Counted from the first letter of the stretch, positions 1-14,343 are shown. The stretch is DNA of 64,000 nucleotides from Chara braunii (GCA_003427395.1 BFEA01000031.1:4667157-4731156), one strand, 5' to 3'. The notes: a model not told the origin generated them from the sequence alone. A program made the numbers and translations.

Positions 1-80
<80 letters not shown>

Positions 81-106
81 ACATACACACACACACACAC
101 ACACAT
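1..106. repeat. (CT)n/(CA)n compound microsatellite
   Basis: Directly visible dinucleotide runs. Confidence 0.95.
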
Positions 107-119
107 ACCATTCTAGAGT

Positions 120-890
120 CAACCAGCGGAGCTAGAGTATTACAAGAATGGATGCGAAGGTGTGGATCGTTTTCTGCATTTATTCCGAGAGAAAAGGTAG
201 AAGTGGAGTACTTATCAGGATAAAGAGGTAGCTCGTATAGAAAACGCATTTGCTTATTGGGAGGGTGTTAAAGACATGGAGCTTATATCATCGCAAACAG
301 AGTGCCCAAGACACCAATGACATGCTTTTGGCCTTCTGCCTCGAAGAGGCAAGAGGAAGAAATTGTGCGGTCGGATTCAGAAGAACCTGAAAGAGAACCC
401 TTGTTCGTCGGACACAAAAAGGATCGCCCAAAGACAAACTTTGACCCAATTTTGGATGTTGAGAAAGACAGTTTCGTTATTCTGCAACCGCCAGATGAAG
501 AACTTGCAAAGGGTGTTCCATTTTGGGTGGACCAAGCGCTAACTCGAGTTGTCCTAGATAAGGACTCCGAACATTACAACCAGGAAAAGCGTTCGCTTAA
601 GGAACGTTATGAGAATGCATGGGAGAAAAAGTGAAAAAGGTCTGCTGAGGATGAGGAGCAATGGCAGAATGCTGATGCGGTGCCATTCGCATGGAAACGA
701 GCATCGAGAGGAAGAGTTTCCACCAAACCATTCACCTCGGGCCTTGTAATTTCGTCTAAAGTCCGGGTTAATGCACTTGCTGCTCTGGTTGGAGAAGATG
801 GTGTTCATATAGATGATGGTGTCAGAGCACAAATTTCTAAGGGAGCCGCGGATTGTGTTTCATCAAGGGCAAGATTCAGTGTCTGAGGTG
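120..890 (+). pseudogene. C-terminal part of a Sola-like/DUF7869 transposase (copy A), with stops and frameshifts
   Basis: Translations YYKNGCEGVDRFL..YQDKEVARIENAFAYWE and PKTNFDPILDVEKDSFVILQP..GVPFWV match ORF 36387-37847 (NYKNGLEGVKRFL..FRDKEVARIDRVFRFWE; PKANFDPFEDVHVDSFVIMQP..GVPFWV). Confidence 0.85.
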
Positions 891-1136
891 ACTCTACGGC
901 GATCAAAAGACCATCATGTCCAAGGTCGAAAATCGATCCGGAACTCTTTATGAGGAGAACATACTGTCATGTTGGACTGTGTACAACACTCTTGACTCCA
1001 TGAAATACATCGTGTAATGATTTATGCTCTCTGGGTTGCGCGCTTCAAATCAACAAGAGTTCTTCATCAATTTTCAACATTGAGCGCGGGGGCGTTTTGG
1101 TCGTCGTAGCGTGACCTAAGGCTTTGGATCCTGACC

Positions 1137-2400
1137 TTGATGAAACACTTTTATTGTGACTTTTGTCTTTTGCAGTGTGCAGACTTTCCTCTTCTGACGT
1201 ACTTCGAAAACATGGATGAGATTTTGGGTTTCATTGAAATAGAAGTACCTGAACGACTTACGATCATCACAAAGGGAGGAGCGTTTCCTTTTCAATATGA
1301 GAGAATCTTCAGGATCGTAACGGGAGAACGGACAATGTTTGTCATCATGGTGAGGTTTACTGATCTGAACATTTTCGACATGCGAATATATGAGCGTCAG
1401 GGAGATAATTGACTGCGAGGAGATTTTGCTAGAGCTTATATAAAAGCTTAAGAAGTTCTTTTCGCCTTGAGACGTGGTGTGCTCGGAGCAGGGGGTGACA
1501 TTGAAGGTTTCTCGTATGACATTACACAGTTTTGAGGTCTGCCTCAACCTCCAATCCCGGCTTGCATGGTGGACGGTTCGACATGGGAACCGATAATGAA
1601 CGCTGTGCGAAGAGGCTTCTTCTGAAGACTACAACTTTTTAAGACTTTTGGTGACCAATCTTACGTTTCTAGAGTTTTGTGTCATTATGTAGGATTTGTG
1701 AACATTTTCGTAGTATAGGCATTTACTGATTATTTTTACTTTTCACCACTTTGAGAGACGAGTCTCGACACTTCCCAAGTTTTGTGGTCGAATGTCAAAT
1801 TAGTAACTGTTGAAATTTGCACACTGTAAAGTATTAACGGAAGCCACGAGTGCGGACCCTAGCTCATGGTCGGTTGTGGTTCGGATGCATCCGAATCAAA
1901 GAATTAGGATACTGTTACGACAAACAAATACAAGAGCGTCAAGGGAAAAACTGGATGCTGCGAAATTTTACAGCAGTTTATCTGCAAGCTGCAGATGTTC
2001 TTGTGTCCTTGAGGCGTGCTGTTGTCATGGCTGGGGGAGACATTCAAGGTTTCTCGGTTTCCATTTCAGGATTCGAAGGTCTGCCTCTACCTCCTATCCC
2101 GGCTTGCATTGAGGACGATTCAACATGGAAACCGCTAGTGAACGCTTTGCGAAGAGGCTTCTAAGACTTTTGAAGATTTCAAGTTCGGGACACTTTGGTA
2201 ACGAGTCTTACGTTTTTAGAGTTCCGTCAGGATGTCGGATTTGTGAATGTTTTCATACTGTAGGGTTTTTCAAAGATAAATCTCGACATTTCCAAAGTTT
2301 TGTGTTCGAATGTCCGATTAGTTGAAATTTTTACACTGTAAAGTACGGAGGGTTTCTGATTCATCCTGCGTCCTCGCCTTGCAAACTGTTTGGTTATGTA
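1137..2400 (+). pseudogene. Decayed cargo gene of unknown function with an internally duplicated domain (copy A)
   Basis: ORF pieces 1137-1412 and 1850-2164. The motif GGDI(E/Q)GFS...GLP(Q/L)PPIPAC..D.STW.P..NA.RRGF occurs twice (~1490 and ~2030). The same block recurs at ~38300-39500. Confidence 0.55.
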
Positions 2401-5400
2401 GAACGTGGGACTCAGTTTTACAAGGTTTAGTTCACATTTCATGGCGTAGTGGGTGTTCTTGGTTTGGATAGCATTGCCAACTCTTTGGTTAATGGAGACT
2501 TTTGAGGTAACTGTTACGAATTCACAATATTGGGACCAGATAACTGTTATCAGTTTTTACGGCGTACTTCTCATTTGTCTCGAGAATGGTTGTGTGCCTG
2601 CTAAGTGAGATCTTTTGAAACTATTGCAACAATTATGACTTTATAATATGTAGGCTGGGTGTGCCGCTCTGTTTTTAATTTGTCTTCGCTTTTAAAAACA
2701 TGTGATTCGGATGTATCTTAGTCATCCTACTAAGTCTTGTATTCAATTAAACTTTAAAAAAAAACTCAACGAAGACATTTTTCGGGTCACTCATTTGCGT
2801 CCCTCACAAGGGGAAACCTTCGATATGCTACGTTCATACTGACTGTCTGAATGTGTGCCAGTTCAGTACGCATGTATCCGACTTAAGTAATTGAACTTTT
2901 CGTCTTGAAACAAATTGAATATGTTGAGGATTTATCCGCAGAACCGGGACTCTTATCGTTGTGTATTAATGTATAATGAACATCTTCTTTCGTCAGCCTT
3001 GTATACATTTCGAGTTTCTCGAACGACAAAGTACTATTTAGAAAATAATGTATTATTTTAATGAATAACATGTTACTTTAGTTTGACTATGGCGCATTGA
3101 AAGTTAACTCGAAGCGGGACGGGTAAAAATCAAGTAGAGAGACTTACGAATCTTGAGTTTTCGGACATGAATCGTGTTTTAGCCAGTTAATTTCCTGTCC
3201 TTAGTGAGTAATGGTTTTGGGGACGAGCTCCGAACCGACTTACCTTCTTGGTCGTGCCGGTGCGGGGCTGTGACATAAGAGGTCCCTTTCGCTCTTATCT
3301 CTAAAATGTGTGAGCTCGAGTCTGTGCTGCGAAGAGCTGTAGACAAATTTTCATTTTGAGGGCTGAGAGTGATGGGAGACAGACTGGTGATCAGCGATGG
3401 GTTAAGAAGATGTGACATCTGATAGACTGTGGACGCGGGCTCGAAACTCTACACGCGAGAACGAGTTACCTTTTATTGACAAAGGTGTTAGCAGTGACAC
3501 CGAAGGGGGTTCAAGTGACAACTAAGTATGTCTGAACGTTGAAGGTCACGTCATTCAATGAAATTGCTAATTAACGTTCACGATCTTAGTGAACTGTTAG
3601 AAAATTAATAAAACTCCAGTTTATTGCTTTCTTGCTTAAATTCCGACTGGGCTGACAATGGAGTGAGCGGATAATGTTCGGAAACGTGAAAAGACTCTGT
3701 GCTGCATAGGACAAGCCTCGCTACCGGTTTTGATCCCCCCTTCTTAAGGTTTTATTTTCGATGAAGTATTCCCCTGGTTGATTAGTTGACTTGGGTGCTT
3801 GCCCTGCAATACCCCTTTCCCTGAAAGATACTTGTACTACTCCTCGTAATTGCCTAAACTGAGTTGGGCGCATATCGAGGCAATTTTCTCTTTTCCTTTA
3901 TTGATGGTTTAGTTCTGAGCATTGATTGATGAACAAGGTAAAGTTAATCTTGAGGAAGATTGCTTACCTACTGGCTAAGTATCTACTTGACGGAGATTAG
4001 GTAATCTTTATCAATGCTAGCTTGTTTATCAGTATCCAATTTTAGTTAGTTCACGTGAACAATGAGCAATGGGCAAGTGATTGGGAGAATACGTGCATTT
4101 GTGGGTTTGAGAGAATCGAGAGAATATTACATTGTGCAAGCTCACTAGGGCACCCAACTGAGCTTTGGTGTGCCAATTCCTCCGTGAGTTAGACTTCAAA
4201 CCATAAGCATAAACAAGGCAGAACTCCGTAATGTACCAAAACACACTCATGATGGACTGTACGGGTTTGTCTTGGCCAGTATTCAAGCACCTACCACTAA
4301 TTAAAGTCGGATCAAGTGCTGAACGTGAACAAATTGACCTCATGTAATGCCCAAGTGGTTGATCCTATCCGTGCAGTCATACATAAGGGTCGGGAAACAG
4401 ACCGCCTCCGGAAATCTTCCACTCTTTTACTATCCGAGGTATCAAAGTCAGTATTAAGCGGTTCATTAGACCCTCTTGCAGGTGAAGCTGCTCGTTTTGG
4501 AAATAAGCAACTTATGATCCTCAAACCTACTGAATGTAAGATATTCGTCCATCTAGTTTGGTGACCCATTTGTAGCATCATCAACAGTGAGCTGTCGACG
4601 AGACATGCTACAGTGAACAAGTTGTGGATGGTACAACATGTCCTCGCCGATAAGAGGGAGCGTGCTGACAACGCTCGGTGTGTAACCTTGGTCACAGTCT
4701 GCGCACCACCGTTTTTCAGGGTGGAAATGCCAGGTGTTGGCCGAAGAAAAACGGAATGAATGGTTCAGGAGAGATGGTACAAGTGTCGGAGCTAGCTGAA
4801 CTGGGTTCAAACTCGGGAGTGAGTAACTGAAAACCAGAGAACTAGTAGTCGAAAATGGTTCACTAGTAACTCTCTGTCTTTACCTGATGTACTCCTAATT
4901 ATTACTACCTCGGTAGATACGGGTTCAGTCTAACTTACGAGCCCAATCTTATTTTGTTAGTCACTGGGACTGAAGGAGGGACTTGACACAGAACATGTGA
5001 GAGTCTCATGAGGTTGGCTACAGTGCATTGAGCATCCTAGAAAGTTGTCCTTTAGACTCCCGATGTTACCTGCAGGTCAAACACCTATTATCTACAGTAC
5101 CTTGGGCTTCCCCAATGAATGGAGCATTGTCATTTGGCATTGAGCAAACTTTCTCTAGGATCTAAGCTCACGTGCCAGGCGGACGAATGGACGAGCGGTA
5201 TTCCAGCCTAATAACTGTTTTTCTTTTTAAAAAGTCTGACTATAAACCCTGGGGCATCTTTTGCAGTCCGCTCAAGTAGCATTCAACTACTGGAATCCAA
5301 ACACCTTCTCAGAGCAACGGTACAGAGTTTCTTTGCAGAAGTGAACCAATAATTATCATCCATTATTGGCAGCTACTTAGCTAAATACTGAGGCCTGCTT

Positions 5401-7283
5401 ACATGTTGGAGACCGGTGATGAGAAAATAACATTATGACGCCCTCAAACCAAGTTAGTTAATTCAGACCGAATGCCAATAAAATTTTGATACTGAGTTTA
5501 ACCCACGCCTTTGGGGGTACAAAGTCCAGCAGAGTTGTCTTCACTAAGGTTCACTTGTCATTTAGGATCCAGTAAAGTGACAGAAGAATATGAGAAAAGA
5601 CGAGATTTTAGTAGTGAAAAACAACTTAGTCAGGGACAAGAAAGAGGAATGGGAGGGTGGGGTGTGCCGAGATATGGAGTTAAATAGGCAGCATTTGCGA
5701 GAACGGGCGGTCCAGATGGTCAAAGGGGAAAAATACATAGAATATGTGTTCTACTTCTACGGAGGCGATGGCAAACTGCACAGTATGAGCTCCTCGCTAG
5801 AGAGCGTGGAAAAGGTGGGAAAGAAGCTAGCATAAGCTTGGCAGTGATCAGACTGCCACCCTCCCAAAGATCTATTAGAGTCTGAACGGTAATAGACTGC
5901 AACCCTCTTTTACCATATAACGGCCAATGATCTCACGACTCCGTGGCTCAATGCGTTAGTGCTTATTCAGACAATAAAGAAACAATTTACCAACTATATT
6001 CAGGCAATACTCAGAGTGATATTCTGTGCTCAAGGTGCTGTCAAAGAAATGTTCAGAGTGATACTTCGTGCTCAAGGCATTACCCAATCAACAGACAATC
6101 CGAAAACAGACTCAGACTCTACTTAAGCAATACTCAGATGCTACTCAAGCAATACCTAGGGATCACTCAAGTGAGACTTTGACACTCTTTAAGCAATACT
6201 CAGACGTTACACAAACAATGTTTTAGCGTTACTTAAACAATGCTCAAGCGTTACTCAAGCAAGACTCAGAGACTACACTAGCAAAATACTCAAGTCCATA
6301 AAACAGAAAACAGAGATCAGAGAACAACAATCAGGACAGCAACCAGAACAGCAATCGGAAACGGTAACCAGAAAATAGTCCTCAGAGATATGCATCAGTT
6401 CGAGGCAGATTAGATTCAAGGCAATCAGACTTGAGTTTAGTTCACTTATTCAGATATTCAGCAATCGACTAAGCAACCAGTTTCAGCACTCAACTCGGCA
6501 ATAAGTTCCGCAACGAGTAATCTCAACAGCAGTCAGTTCAGATCACCGCTCAAATCAGCGTTCAGATCAGCAACCAGACCGGTTATCAGTTCTCAGCGAT
6601 CGGTGCTCTGCAAACATTTATTCAGTTTTCAACAAGCGGTGCTTAACAGTCAGTTTTCAGTGATCGTCAAATCCGTTTGTACCAACTAGCCTACCCATGA
6701 GTGCAGTCGAATCCTTTCGGGTCAGCGAGTCAGTGCTGGCCAATCTCAATTAGATTTCGCGCAAAGAGGCATTCCGTTATCAGTATGCTAGTGTTATCGG
6801 TTTTAGACAAGGAGATTTGTCAATCTTCGTTGTCCAGACCAGTTTTGCTGATGGCACTGTCCATGACTTGAGGCCCTATCTGAAGAAGGGTAAAGAGGCT
6901 CACGTGAATTTTGATGCAGTATGGATCTCCGCCACGAGGTATCTCGAGCAGAGGGAGAGAGAGCTCGATGAGAGCGGCACGACACCGATCCGCAGCTTTG
7001 GGCCCAAACTCTATACTGACTACCCCAAACCTCGTTTTCCTTCCCTCCTCACAGATGGTTCGAGTTGGCTTGATATGGTAGGTTTGGCAAAGAGGTATAT
7101 CTCTTCGGCGGTGATCAACGTTGAGGCACTAACAGAACCGACCGAGTACCCATACCTCAGGCGAGGAGTCTTCTCCGTGGACGGGTTGCCTACGTTGTGG
7201 GAGGAATTCTGCTCTATGGTTAACTTTCGTGTCATGTACCTCGGATGGTCATGCTCAGAGCTTGCTGGTTTCAGGTGACTCTT

Positions 7284-7784
7284 TGTCACGAGGCCTCAAT
7301 CTCAGATTGTACGTGGGCGTGGGTCACAACACCAGAAATGAACAGCGAAATGAGAGATTGAGAGAGACTGATCAGAGGGACGAGTGAGGACTCTTGAGAG
7401 GTGCTGACCACACTTGCTTATATGTACCTTCTGGGATTATTATGAGTTCTCATTCTTCCCTCATTCATTTGAACTTGTCATTGCTCGAGTAAGTCGGTCT
7501 TGCTCCTTGCATTAATCTTGCCTGGTGATTGCTTTCGTGGATGACTCTGTCACAGTTCTCAAAATCATATTGATATAATTGATGCATGTTGAGCACTTCA
7601 TAATGATTACTATTTGCATGATTCTCTGTTGTTCCGAATCAAAATAAAAGATTCATAAGACCGGGGACCGGCGAAGACCGTAATTGAAGGGTCTCGCTCG
7701 AAGCCGGACGCACACAACAGAAAGGGATTTGCATAAATTAATTTATTTTATTTATTGCAATCAAGTACAAAATCTTGCGTGACA
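7284..7784. mobile_element. LTR-like ~500 bp segment (TGTCACG...CGTGACA)
   Basis: 7-bp terminal inverted ends of the TG...CA type. No TSD and no recognisable gag/pol nearby. Confidence 0.35.
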
Positions 7785-9049
7785 GCCTGTTAGCTTTCCG
7801 GTCGCCTGAAGCGGTCCGACTGGAAAAAAGTGCGACACCTGTCAACAGGTAAGTCTCCAACCTCTCGCTTTGCCTCGCTACTTCCATCGAACGATAAGTG
7901 GACTCTGTATGAATCTTACGCTAGAATGGGGGAAAATACACACCTGTCTACCGCCTTTCTTTCGTCGCTCCACAGACACGTACCTTGACTCCCCTTTCGT
8001 ACCTACCCCTCACATCCCTCCGCCTTCGTCTGCTGCCCCGTCAACTTATTCTCCTTCTTTCCCTCTCCATTCTCTACTTCTTACGCTCGCTCGCGCAACA
8101 GCCTCGCTGCCACACCCGTTTTCAACTCTCAACAAGTGTTCAAAAAATGGAATGAATCTTCCGCTAGAGAAAAGGGAAGATACAATGATACATTGCTACC
8201 TCCCTTATGCGCAATTCTAATTCACCGTACCGCTAACTGACCTTCTTAATGCGAGATCCGCCAACGACATTGGATTCGCCATTCATCAAACTCCAACTTC
8301 AATTCATGTTTTGCCTGCCTGATGCTGCCTCTATAAAAGGAGCAAACAGATATCCCTCCTCATCTGTTCTCCCTATCCCCTCGACACTTCCGCACACCCT
8401 TTTCCTCTCCTAACTCCTATCGTATTTGTAGGTCACGCGGGCATTTCGAGATTTCTTTCTGTGCTTTAGATTGAGGTTCTCCATCACCGACGGGTGTTTG
8501 ACTCTATGTGTCAAATGTATTTTGCTATTATCCATGCTACACTGATTTGTGTTTCGGTTCAGATATTATCTCGGCATTTGTGGTGTTCCTGTTTTATGGA
8601 TGATGAGTGTTGCATGTGTCGGTTTATGTTTTTCCACGTTGTCATTTCATGCGTTTGATAAACCAATGTGTGAATGGAGTAACAATTAGATAAGTGTGTA
8701 TGTGTGTGTGTCTGTGTGCTTGCTTGTTCCAGCTCTCTCTTAACACCCAAGTGCAACATCTCAGAAAACCAAAAAACCCTTGTGAAATTATCCCTCCAAA
8801 GCCCTCGTCATCCCTCGAACACACAACAACATTGGCCTCCAGGGTGCGGTTTCAATTTCGGAGTCACGAGGGGTGGGAGGTGGTGGGGTGGGGTAGGTGG
8901 GCCGACGGGGTGTGGGTGCTGGGGTGGAGCAGTTGGGGGGTTGTGGGATTTGGGGTAGGTGGGCCAAGGGGGTGCAGATGTCGGGGCGGAGCGGTTCAGG
9001 GGGTGGTGTATCGTTTTTTTTTGTTTTTTTTTTTACGTTTAGGGGGAGC

Positions 9050-9230
9050 NNNNNNNNNNNNNNNNNNNNNNNNNNNNNNNNNNNNNNNNNNNNNNNNNNN
9101 NNNNNNNNNNNNNNNNNNNNNNNNNNNNNNNNNNNNNNNNNNNNNNNNNNNNNNNNNNNNNNNNNNNNNNNNNNNNNNNNNNNNNNNNNNNNNNNNNNNN
9201 NNNNNNNNNNNNNNNNNNNNNNNNNNNNNN
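9050..9230. other. Assembly gap with low-quality G-rich flanks
   Basis: N run; G-run-rich flanks. Confidence 0.95.
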
Positions 9231-10099
9231 NTTTTTTTTTTTTGTATGTTAGGGGGAGCGGCCAATGGGGTGTGGAGGCGACGGGGTGGGGGCAATGGAG
9301 GGCGTGGGGTTGGGTGGTGGGGTTGTCGTGTAGGCGGGCCGACGTGTGGGTGCTGGGGGGAGCGGTTATGGCTGGATGGCATGTGGGCGGTCTGGGGGTG
9401 GGGGCGGACCGACTTGTTGACGGGTCAGCAGGGGCAAGGAGGGGGCAACCGGGGCAAGGCGGCCTTTTTTTTTTTTTCACATATCGATGAACACCGCCCA
9501 GCACCTCGTAGCCACCGGCGCGCGCGTGCCCGAACCGGGGCTGCGTTTAAGTTTTTCGCACCACGTGGCACATGGCACGTTTGAACGCGAATGAACGCGG
9601 ACCCGGCACGTTTGAACACGCGCGTTTGAACGCGAACACGCAAACGGTTACATAGCAGTACGGAATTTGACTACTAGCCTTGTGCGACAATTTGGTAGGT
9701 AGTTCCTTTCTTTTCCCTCTAGCGACTAGTACTGGTGTTCAGTACCTATAAATCAATTTTAGTCAAAGTCACTAATCCTCTTTTAGGCATTTGTGTGAGA
9801 TAGTCACCCTTATTTAGTGCATTGCATTAACTAAAGACGACTGCCACCAAGTTCGTCGGTAAGAACGATGGTTCCTGGGGTTGACAGACTGAAGGTGGGG
9901 AGAGGGATGAGACATACATGCGTTCCTATTTCCTATCAGACATCCCGCATCTCGGGTTTTTTGTTGTTTTCACTATGTGTGACTATGTGCATCGTACTAT
10001 GTGAGTGCTTGTGCGATTTGATTGCCCTTCCTCAAACACTCGATAATTGTCGGAGGTTAGCTGCTCCGTTTTGGAGATCAAAACCAGGTCAGTCTGTGA

Positions 10100-11560
10100 A
10101 GATCTGAGGAAGAAAGCGAAAAAACGATAGCAAGAGGATATGGAAAAATAATCGTCAAATGTGGTGTGATCAAAGGCTTTACGAGCACGTTCGATGTCAC
10201 CTACGTGTTATCGTAGGGAACCTCCACGTAGATCGCTCTCAGCCGACCGATACATCAGTGGGTACGAAGCGTCGGAGAATCCACATATTCAACAGGGGAA
10301 ATGGTGGCGATGTTTTTTGTTAGAGGGGCAGCCAAAGAAAAAAAGCAGAAGGAGAAAGAAGAGTGAAAGAAGCAACAGAAAAAAGCTCAGGAGAAGGAGG
10401 AGAGAGAGAAATGCAAGTGTGAGAGGAAAAAAACAGAACGACTTGAAACCGATTTGAGAGCAGCGCAAATTATTGATATACAACTGTCACGAAGATGGGG
10501 TTTGCTACTTCAGGAACAGGGGATCGAACACAAGCAAGAACAAAACTGGAGGAAGAAAATGCTGCAACGCAAACTAAGCGGACGACAAGTGGCGACTTAA
10601 CCTGATATAAACAAAGAGATGGTGACAATAAGTGCCAAGATGGAAAGAATGAAACTAAACTCTGAATCATTTTCGGAAGAGGTAGACCCCGAGTCCCCAG
10701 ATATTAGTCCTCTGACATTAACTGCAAAAAAGATGTACAGAACAGTGAAAGGAAGGGGAAGACCACGAAAGATACTACCAGTGAAACCTCACAACATCAT
10801 CAAGGACATGGTACCCGGAGTGAGCCTAAACACGAGCGAACGCTATGTTCAAGAGGTGGAAGAAAAACTGGAAACACTTGATTACAAACAGGTTAAGGAA
10901 CTGTGTCAACACGATCAGGTACCGTACATCAAGAAGCAGTAAGCGATTGTCGACCTTACAGGGCAGTGGACATCCAAAACCTTTTGTCATTGAAAGGCTA
11001 CACCTTGACCATTTCTACCTCCAACAAAGTCCAACAACTCTGACACAAAATCCTCATCCTGAGAAGTATCCGAAGAAAGTGATAGCGATGGGTGCAAACA
11101 CTGGACTATCCAACAATTGTGGGGACTTTGTCGTGGGTTAATCTGGGAGCGTAAGGAATACCTTGGACTTGATCATGAGTTGGTGGTGAATTTTAGATTG
11201 GTTGTTTCTGCTCTTACTACAAGTGGTTGTATACTATGGGGGAGGAAATTCATGCCTGACTGGACGACGTGGTTTCTTAATCGTGATGAGGGATTGGACG
11301 TTGGAGAAAGTTGTGTGTATGTCAGGATTTCAAGTTCCCCATACTGCAAAGTAGTTTATATCGGAAAAAAACAAGAAATATATCAATGTCCGATTGAGTG
11401 ATCATGGTGGGAAATGTTGCCGGGAGGGTCCGAGAAATCACCTTCATCGATGACTATGAAGCTATGAATGGGATAATGTTTTACTCCCAATTGTTAGCGT
11501 GACAGCAAAAAAATTATCGGTAATTGAGGCCTACTATATTAAATTGGAGTTTAGTTCTTT
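10100..11560 (+). mobile_element. Decayed Penelope-like (GIY-YIG) retroelement, 5' part, interrupted by the giant transposon
   Basis: ORF 11117-11401 has CVYVRISSSPYCKVVYIGK (GIY-YIG signature). Downstream IEAYYIKLEFSS is cut at 11560. Confidence 0.6.
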
Positions 11561-11586
11561 ATAGCACCGGGCGCCGATCTACGAAT

Positions 11587-11614
11587 AACATGTTATTCGT
11601 TAAAACAGTACATT
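11587..11614 (+). repeat. Left sub-terminal inverted repeat AACATGTTATTCGTTAAAACAGTACATT, overlapping a perfect 20-bp palindrome at 11581-11600
   Basis: Reverse complement of 40878-40905 and of 3047-3074, 3 mismatches each. Confidence 0.8.
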
Positions 11615-12756
11615 CTTGTGTGTACTATTTTGAAACGAATTTATGACACAATGTATAGTCTAGTGGTATTCCAGATCCGGATACATCCGAACCTGGAGTA
11701 AAATCAGCTTTGAGACGAGGAGCAGAGTCAGTACATATATCTGCTGCACTCCTCTTGTGGTTCGGATGTGTCCAGATGTGGAACACCACAGCAGAGTATA
11801 TTACACTGTGTTATACGCCTCTGAGTCAGTACATGCATCAGTACATATATCTGCAGCGTTCCTCTCCTGGTTCGGATGTGTCCAGATGTGGAACACCACA
11901 ACAAAGTAATATATTACGCTGTGTTTTAACTTCACTTGGAGTTGAGCATCATACTCATCCGAATCTGAACAGTATAATGACATGAACTCCAGTTTGTGAG
12001 GAGTACAACGAGTTGTGGCTCTTCACAGACTTAAGGTGAGAGAGATAGAAAGAGAGAGAGAGACAGAAAGAGCGAGAGAGAGAGAGACAGAAAGAGCGAG
12101 AGACAGAGTCTCAGAGAGACTATACTTAATTTTCTCGAGACGTCGCACAGGAGGCGCAGGGTCGAGCACATGCGTAGACCATCAGCCTCGCTTCTTAAAG
12201 CATTTTAGATGATCGTTGTAGGAGAGCAGCAAGGTAATGTGAATTTCCAAGACAAGCGAAGTTCGGATGTATCCGAGATCACAGGAGATAGATAGAGAGA
12301 GGAAGTCCGCAAGAAATGGTCGTGTACATTTGAAGAGCGAGAGATATAGAAAGAGAGAGAGAGACATAAAGAGCGAGAGACAGAGAGTCTCAAAAGAGAC
12401 TATACTTCATTTTCTCAAGACGCCGCACAGAGGCGCATGGTCGAGCACACACGTAGATCATCAGCCTCGCTTTTAAAAGCATTTTAGATGATCGTTGTAG
12501 TCGAGCAGCTAGGCAATGTAAATTTCCAAGATAACCAAAGTTCCGATGTATCCACAGGAGATAGACAGAGAGATGAAGTCCGCAAGAAATGGCAAAATAG
12601 CATGCCAGAGGGTTGAGAGATGGAAAAGACAAGCATCGTATAATCATCCACAACATTTCGTGTTACGGACGTTTCCCAAGTGTCGAACCAGTATAGACCC
12701 TTCAGTTCAAACCTTCCCCTGTGTTTTTTGGGACACATTTCAAGAAGTATTTTTTC

Positions 12757-13458
<702 letters not shown>

Positions 13459-13597
13459 GAAGTTGAATCTTGAAGTTCTTTTTCGGAAATTGAGGACGAA
13501 TCATACAATATTCATTTCTTCTTGAGTGCCATCTCAATTCAGTTTGTGTCACTTTGTAGCACCAATCGGCGAGGAGGGCCAGACTGGCCATCCGAAA

Positions 13598-13892
13598 GCA
13601 CTCAGCGTGGAGGGCCAGACGGGCTATCAAATGTATAAAGAGGCATTTGTGTTGCATTTTCGGGCAATCTAAAAGCACCCAGCGCGGAGGGCCAGACGGG
13701 CCATCAAATGTATAAAAAGGCCCTTGTGTTGTATTTTCGGGCCATCAAAAAGCACCCAGCGCAGAGGGCCATACGGACCATCAAATGTATAAAGAGGCCC
13801 TTGTGTTGTATTTTCGGGCAATCAACAAACACCCAGCGCGAAGGGCCAGACGCGCCATGGAGTGTATAAAGAGGCCCTTGTGTTGTATTTTC
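13598..13892 (+). repeat. ~77-bp tandem repeat, about 4 copies
   Basis: Unit CAGCGCGGAGGGCCAGACGGGCCATCAAATGTATAAAGAGGCCCTTGTGTTGTATTTTCGGGC repeated with variation. Confidence 0.85.
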
Positions 13893-14343
13893 TTCTCTTT
13901 GATGCCTCACGACCTTCAAAGTGACAATGCATAGATGAGTGTAGACGACGGGGAAGGTTCGAGAGAGAGGCAAAAAAGCATAGAGATAGTTGGAGTTCGG
14001 ATGCATCCGAGTATGCGGGCAGAACATCACACCACACAAGACACAAAATGACAAAAGCGAGAAAGTCAATCACGAAACAGGCGCCCGAACAACGGGGATG
14101 TTCGTGAGAATTGAAAGCCCAATGAGAAAAAACAATATTGTAGACGACAAACACGCCGGGGATATGACAATTTCACCCGGAGATATCCTGGCAGTGACAG
14201 CCAGTTCTCCTCCGAACCAAACCGAGAACACCCACCAGTCTCTCACGGAAAAAATGAAAAGGAACAAATTTCGTCCGGAGAAGAACGAAATGTTTTTCTA
14301 AGTCAACCCTTCTACACTACATGATCAACAAAAAGATAGACGC

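Larger units (their letters stand above)
107..3074 (+). mobile_element. Right arm of a giant DDD-transposase element (copy A), ending in the family terminal repeat
   Basis: About 960-3074 is collinear at nucleotide level with about 38120-40905. Homology stops at ...AATGTATTATTTTAATGAATAACATGTT (3047-3074), the same terminus as 40878-40905. Confidence 0.85.

Noticed and set aside
3075-7283. Possible LTR retrotransposon internal region including ORF 6817-7278
   Set aside because: No gag, RT, RNase H or integrase motifs recognisable; only degenerate short repeats at 5950-6300.
8318-8372. Hammerhead-ribozyme-like motif upstream of the Penelope-like element (CTGATGCT..GGAGCAAAC, stem AACAGAT/ATCTGTT)
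   Set aside because: Core CUGAUGA and GAAA are both mutated and no stem I pairing is evident; at most a decayed relic.
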